Source: a virus (taxonomy: Duplodnaviria > Heunggongvirae > Uroviricota > Caudoviricetes). Taken from it: DNA of 10,385 bases. Below are positions 7,127 to 10,385 of this stretch, piece by piece; the first letter of the stretch is position 1, and each line of letters starts with the position of its first letter. The notes beneath the pieces are model-generated. The model did not search any database, was not told the origin of the DNA, and saw nothing but the letters and a program-made list of their open reading frames with translations. The stretch is taken from IMG/VR virus record IMGVR_UViG_3300034022_000539. One strand, written 5' to 3'. A program made the position numbers and the translations under genes.

Positions 7127-8242
7127 CTAGTTTGATAGTGGTGCTTTGATTTCTGGATGTGATTCGTAATTTACCAGTTTAATTGAGTTCCTGTCTATTT
7201 TATTAAATTCAGTAATGTAACCATCATAATATGTATACTCAAAATCTAATTCAATATTGGGCAATTTCATAGGTTCTCTATTTAATTGTTCTTTTGCCTG
7301 TTCAATATGATTAGAATATAGGTGAACATCTCCAAGATTTCCAATTAATTCATCAGGAACCATGTTAACGCGTTTTGCTAACATCATCAATAATAGACCA
7401 TACGAAGCAATGTTAAATGGTAACCCCAAGAATGTGTCTACACTTCGCTGATTCCACATTAATGAGATTGCTCGAGCTGGTATTTCATTTTCATCATATT
7501 GATTATGAGTGTAGATATTTCCAGCAGGGTTATGTGTATTATTCCATAATTTTGCTCGCTCTTCTAAACTCAACTCTCTTGTATAAACTTGAAATCCATA
7601 GTGACATGGCGGAAGTACCATTTGATCAATTTCTGCAACATTCCATGCATTAACCATTAATCTTCTAGAATCTGGATTCCTTTCAAGATCTGCAATAAGT
7701 CGAAGTATTTGATCGTACCAAAGAGAACCGTGTCCTTTCGAACCATCATCGTTTTTATAATGCATCCAACCTTGCCATTGTCTCCATTGTTTGCCATAAA
7801 CTGGACCTAAATCTCCAAGTTGGTAACCTGTCAAATCTGGAATAAAATGAGTAGCAGGACTTTTAATCTTCTCGATCCAATCTCGATCATCTTTGTAGTT
7901 CTTAATTCCCTGGATAAATTGTTCCATCGACATTGGATCTACACCATGTGCAACACATTCCTTTTCATATCCTTTGTATGCATCACCATTCCAAATATTA
8001 CAATTGTTGTCAACTAAGAATTTGATATTGGTATCGCCCTGTAAAAACCAAAGTAACTCAGTTACCATGGTTTTAAATGCCATTTTCTTGGTAGTCAATA
8101 ATGGAAATCCTTCGGACATTTTGTGTCTAATCTGACGACCAAAAATTGAGACAGTTCCTGTTCCAGTTCTATCTTGTTTCTCGATACCATTGTCAAGAAT
8201 GTCTTTAAGTAATTTTAAGTAATCGTGTTCTATGTTATTCAT
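7127..8242 (-). CDS. thyA: Thymidylate synthase ThyA with several insertions (371 aa)
   Basis: Motifs DRTGTGT, FPLLTTKK, ELLWFL.GDTN, GDLGPVYGKQWR, PDSRR, LPPCH (Cys213), QRSVD.FLGLPFNIASY (Asn277, dUMP-type), GDVHLY.NH. Confidence 0.97.
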   Translation of the reverse strand: MNNIEHDYLKLLKDILDNGIEKQDRTGTGTVSIFGRQIRHKMSEGFPLLTTKKMAFKTMVTELLWFLQGDTNIKFLVDNNCNIWNGDAYKGYEKECVAHGVDPMSMEQFIQGIKNYKDDRDWIEKIKSPATHFIPDLTGYQLGDLGPVYGKQWRQWQGWMHYKNDDGSKGHGSLWYDQILRLIADLERNPDSRRLMVNAWNVAEIDQMVLPPCHYGFQVYTRELSLEERAKLWNNTHNPAGNIYTHNQYDENEIPARAISLMWNQRSVDTFLGLPFNIASYGLLLMMLAKRVNMVPDELIGNLGDVHLYSNHIEQAKEQLNREPMKLPNIELDFEYTYYDGYITEFNKIDRNSIKLVNYESHPEIKAPLSN

Positions 8243-8396
8243 TTTTGTCTAGTCTTCTTTTAATTATCTCTTCAATAGAGGATTCAATCTCTTCTTGTGT
8301 ATCATCATCTAAATTATACCACCAATCATCAAATCCGCTTCTATCACAAAGTGCATCAAAAATTTCTAATACACATTTTTTAATTTGTCTACTCAT
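8235..8396 (-). CDS. Small acidic hypothetical protein (53 aa, MSRQIKKCVLEIFDALCDRSGFDDWWYNLDDDTQEEIESSIEEIIKRRLDKNE)
   Basis: Translated by hand; below the track's length cutoff. It fills the gap exactly: ATGA overlap with the upstream ORF and an 8-nt ATGAATAA overlap with the thyA start. Confidence 0.8.
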   Translation of the reverse strand: MSRQIKKCVLEIFDALCDRSGFDDWWYNLDDDTQEEIESSIEEIIKRRLDKNE

Positions 8397-8608
8397 ATGA
8401 AAAGATCAAATGTTTCATCTTCTTCCACCCACATATAAATGTCTGTCTCTAATGGATTTGATTTGCCAGGAATATAATCAGGATTGCTAACAGTTTTCCA
8501 TTTCCTACCACATCTTTTACATGAACACTTACTCGGCATCCATCCGAAGTTATAAGAGTATTGATGTCCTCTAATCTTGCAAATAATTTGAGCTATCGTC
8601 CTTTTCAT
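8393..8608 (-). CDS. DUF1660-like small phage protein, probable Zn-binding (71 aa)
   Basis: IICKIRGHQY...CSCKRCG matches the C-x3-GH...C-x-RCG pattern of DUF1660-type prophage proteins. Confidence 0.6.
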   Translation of the reverse strand: MKRTIAQIICKIRGHQYSYNFGWMPSKCSCKRCGRKWKTVSNPDYIPGKSNPLETDIYMWVEEDETFDLFI

Positions 8609-9008
8609 CTAATTCATGTATTTTAAAACTAATTTTTTGTAATGAAGCATTTAGTCTTTCTCGTGACTTTGCAAATTCTGTGCGAATCCACCCCTCACGA
8701 CCTTCTTCGATCAAAGCCTTATTAACAATTTTATCAATCTTCTTGTATATTTCATTACTTAATTGATCTGGACTCTTATGACTCGACATATAAAATATAT
8801 CTTCACGGTGAATCCCTTCAAATGTTAAATGTAATTTTGCAGATCTGCTATAAATATCAACAACTTCTACTTGGACACTTACTTTGACAAATGGTCCAAG
8901 TTTGCTTAAAAACCATGGTTTTGATTCATCCTCGTTTTTAGGTTGGTCTAATGAAACCTTATAAATATCATTTAGATATTCTTGTACAATAAATTCAGGA
9001 TATGTCAT
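8571..9008 (-). CDS. Hypothetical protein (145 aa)
   Basis: ORF abuts the upstream stop at 9009 and overlaps the next ORF by 38 nt. No domain recognised. Confidence 0.75.
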   Translation of the reverse strand: MTYPEFIVQEYLNDIYKVSLDQPKNEDESKPWFLSKLGPFVKVSVQVEVVDIYSRSAKLHLTFEGIHREDIFYMSSHKSPDQLSNEIYKKIDKIVNKALIEEGREGWIRTEFAKSRERLNASLQKISFKIHELDEKDDSSNYLQD

Positions 9009-9200
9009 TTAATCTAGATATTTGTTAAACATTTCTTTTGCTTTCTCTAATTTCTCAGTGCGCTCATCCATAATTACATTAATAATGAAGTTAGCTTCTC
9101 TATTAGAACATTCATTTTCAATAATTCTAATATATGTTTCTACATCAACACCCAATTCTTCAGCAATAGCCATATCCATCATGTCATATAATCCTGCCAT
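9009..9200 (-). CDS. Hypothetical protein (63 aa)
   Basis: Tiles tightly between its neighbours (1-nt and 0-nt gaps). Helical and acidic. Confidence 0.75.
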   Translation of the reverse strand: MAGLYDMMDMAIAEELGVDVETYIRIIENECSNREANFIINVIMDERTEKLEKAKEMFNKYLD

Positions 9201-9201
9201 G

Positions 9202-9429
9202 TTATTTCTGTTTTTCTATTAGAATTTCTTTTAAGATAACACAATGCTCATAAAGTCCATCCTTTTCAAATGCTATTAATGCAGCGCGTAAATCTTGAGG
9301 TGTACCTAATTCTGCCCATTCTTTGAATTCTTGAGTACCACCCAAATAATCAATTAATTTGTTTGGTTGCACCAATTCACTATAAGCCTTGTCTAAAGTT
9401 TTAATGTGTTGTTCGTTTAAATTATCCAT
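9202..9429 (-). CDS. Small hypothetical protein (75 aa) with a C-terminal UVR-like motif
   Basis: Tail LRAALIAFEKDGLYEHCVILKEI has the same spacing as the tail of ORF 1774-2082. Confidence 0.75.
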   Translation of the reverse strand: MDNLNEQHIKTLDKAYSELVQPNKLIDYLGGTQEFKEWAELGTPQDLRAALIAFEKDGLYEHCVILKEILIEKQK

Positions 9430-9433
9430 TGTA

Positions 9434-9646
9434 TTATTTTTCAGTTGATACAGTATAAGATTCTCCTTTGATATTACCTACACTTCTAGAAGTGCAACGC
9501 CAGCATAAACCTTTGGTTGCATTTTGATCAATGTACATTTTTTCATTGCAACCACCTTCTGGTGCATAGTCGCCCCATTTTGAGTTTTCAGGGTCATGAT
9601 TCATGCACTTAACCAACTGCATGCCCTTTCTTTGATTTTCTACCAT
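9434..9646 (-). CDS. Cys-rich hypothetical protein, possible Zn ribbon (70 aa)
   Basis: C14-x2-H17, C33 and C48-x2-C51. Preceded by TTAAATAATG, the same start context as the ATG at 5476. Confidence 0.75.
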   Translation of the reverse strand: MVENQRKGMQLVKCMNHDPENSKWGDYAPEGGCNEKMYIDQNATKGLCWRCTSRSVGNIKGESYTVSTEK

Positions 9647-9660
9647 TATTTAATATTTTA

Positions 9661-9678
9661 TATTATGTTCGTTATATG
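9661..9678 (-). promoter_or_regulatory. Repeated intergenic motif CATATAACGAACATAATA
   Basis: 15/18 identical to 4991-5008 and at nearly the same distance from the ATG (14 vs 15 nt). Confidence 0.35.
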
Positions 9679-9697
9679 ATCTTTTTTAAATCAAGTT

Positions 9698-10385
9698 TCA
9701 AATTAGATTAGAATTTACAAAATGCACTATATTATTTAAATCTGGATTGTGAAGTGTCCAATGATTAAATCCAAGTGATTCCATTCTATCGTAGATTTTT
9801 TGGGCTTTAGTTTCACCAATAGCATCAACGTGTAATTCCATAGATACACATCGAGTATTCTTTAGAAACTGATCACTCATACCATCAAATGCAAATATCT
9901 CTGCACCTTCAATATCCATCTTAATAAAGTCAGGTTGTTCAATTAATCTATTATTAATCATGGTGTCTACCGTCATTGACATTACGTTCTGTAAAACGCC
10001 ATCATCATATTTAACAATCGAGCTTCCACCTGGACAATCTGATTTGTAAGCTATTTTAACTAATTGATTATCAGTATTTGAAATGGCTACTTTGAACACT
10101 TCACATTGCTCTGGTTTATTTAGTAAGAGAAGCAAAAAGTTTTCATTTGTAGGTTCTACACTATAAATCTTCTTGGCACCTTTTGCCGCAGCAAATCTAC
10201 TAAAAACACCAATATTTGCACCTAAGTCCAAAACCACATCATTCGGTCTGATTTCGCATGCACCTCTTTGGTATAAGCAATCGTCAGTATAACCTCCAGA
10301 ATGACAGTCAAATATTTCATAGTAGATCAAAACGGGTTCATCTATGATTCCCGCACTATAACTAGGGAAAACGTTATTTCGCACT
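9698..10385 (-). CDS. FkbM-family SAM-dependent methyltransferase, probably 5'-truncated by the window edge
   Basis: SAM-binding motif VVLDLGANIGVFS, plus YSVEP, PDFIKMDIEGAE and SMELH. The frame is open to the edge, so the GTG at 10384 may be internal. Confidence 0.88.
   Translation of the reverse strand, partial: VRNNVFPSYSAGIIDEPVLIYYEIFDCHSGGYTDDCLYQRGACEIRPNDVVLDLGANIGVFSRFAAAKGAKKIYSVEPTNENFLLLLLNKPEQCEVFKVAISNTDNQLVKIAYKSDCPGGSSIVKYDDGVLQNVMSMTVDTMINNRLIEQPDFIKMDIEGAEIFAFDGMSDQFLKNTRCVSMELHVDAIGETKAQKIYDRMESLGFNHWTLHNPDLNNIVHFVNSNLI

Noticed and set aside
7127-8242. Intein or group I intron in thyA
   Set aside because: The frame is continuous, the inserts are short, and no splice-junction or homing-endonuclease motifs were seen.
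808-9222. Plus-strand ORFs in the track (808-1023, 1404-1622, 1848-2099, 3297-3560, 3846-4028, 4326-4811, 5836-6063, 6591-6893, 7417-7653, 7820-8017, 9022-9222)
   Set aside because: Each lies almost or entirely antisense to a well-supported minus-strand gene and has Ser/Ile/Phe-rich shadow composition with no motifs.
1-10385. Stop-codon recoding (TAG or TGA read-through), as in some Bacteroidota phages
   Set aside because: All conserved genes are full length under the standard code. TAG (e.g. 750, 2960, 7127, 8571) and TGA (8393) fall at natural gene ends.
1-10385. tRNA, rRNA, CRISPR array, IS element or structured ncRNA
   Set aside because: The largest intergenic gap is under 90 nt and is occupied by the terminator. 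No spaced repeats, cloverleaf, transposase or terminal inverted repeats were seen.

Overview
An AT-rich (roughly 30% GC by eye), very gene-dense window. All real genes appear to lie on the minus strand, with 1-38 nt overlaps or very short gaps and no Shine-Dalgarno motifs. It looks most like a segment of a large (jumbo) dsDNA phage infecting Bacteroidota; this is inferred, as no hallmark virion gene is in the window. In transcription order (right to left): FkbM-family methyltransferase (open at right edge), six small hypothetical ORFs (one DUF1660-like, one Cys-rich, one with a UVR-like tail), canonical thymidylate synthase thyA, SIS-only arabinose-5-phosphate isomerase (kdsD-like), CMP-Kdo synthetase kdsB, a 3-TM membrane protein, an RNase H-like (YkuK/DUF458) protein, a ClpC-type ATPase lacking its N-terminal domain, a second thymidylate-synthase-fold enzyme with the dCMP-type Asp signature (T4 gp42-like), a small UVR-like-tail protein, clpP, a hypothetical, a perfect intrinsic terminator, and an acidic ORF running off the left edge. 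Two candidate systems stand out. (1) Cytosine modification of DNA (gp42-like enzyme beside a normal ThyA), possibly linked to the arabinose-5-P/CMP-Kdo genes as a sugar supply. (2) A self-contained ClpC(delta-N)/ClpP protease with two small proteins that share a UVR-like motif and may act as adaptors. Family assignments rest on motifs recognised from memory, not on database searches.
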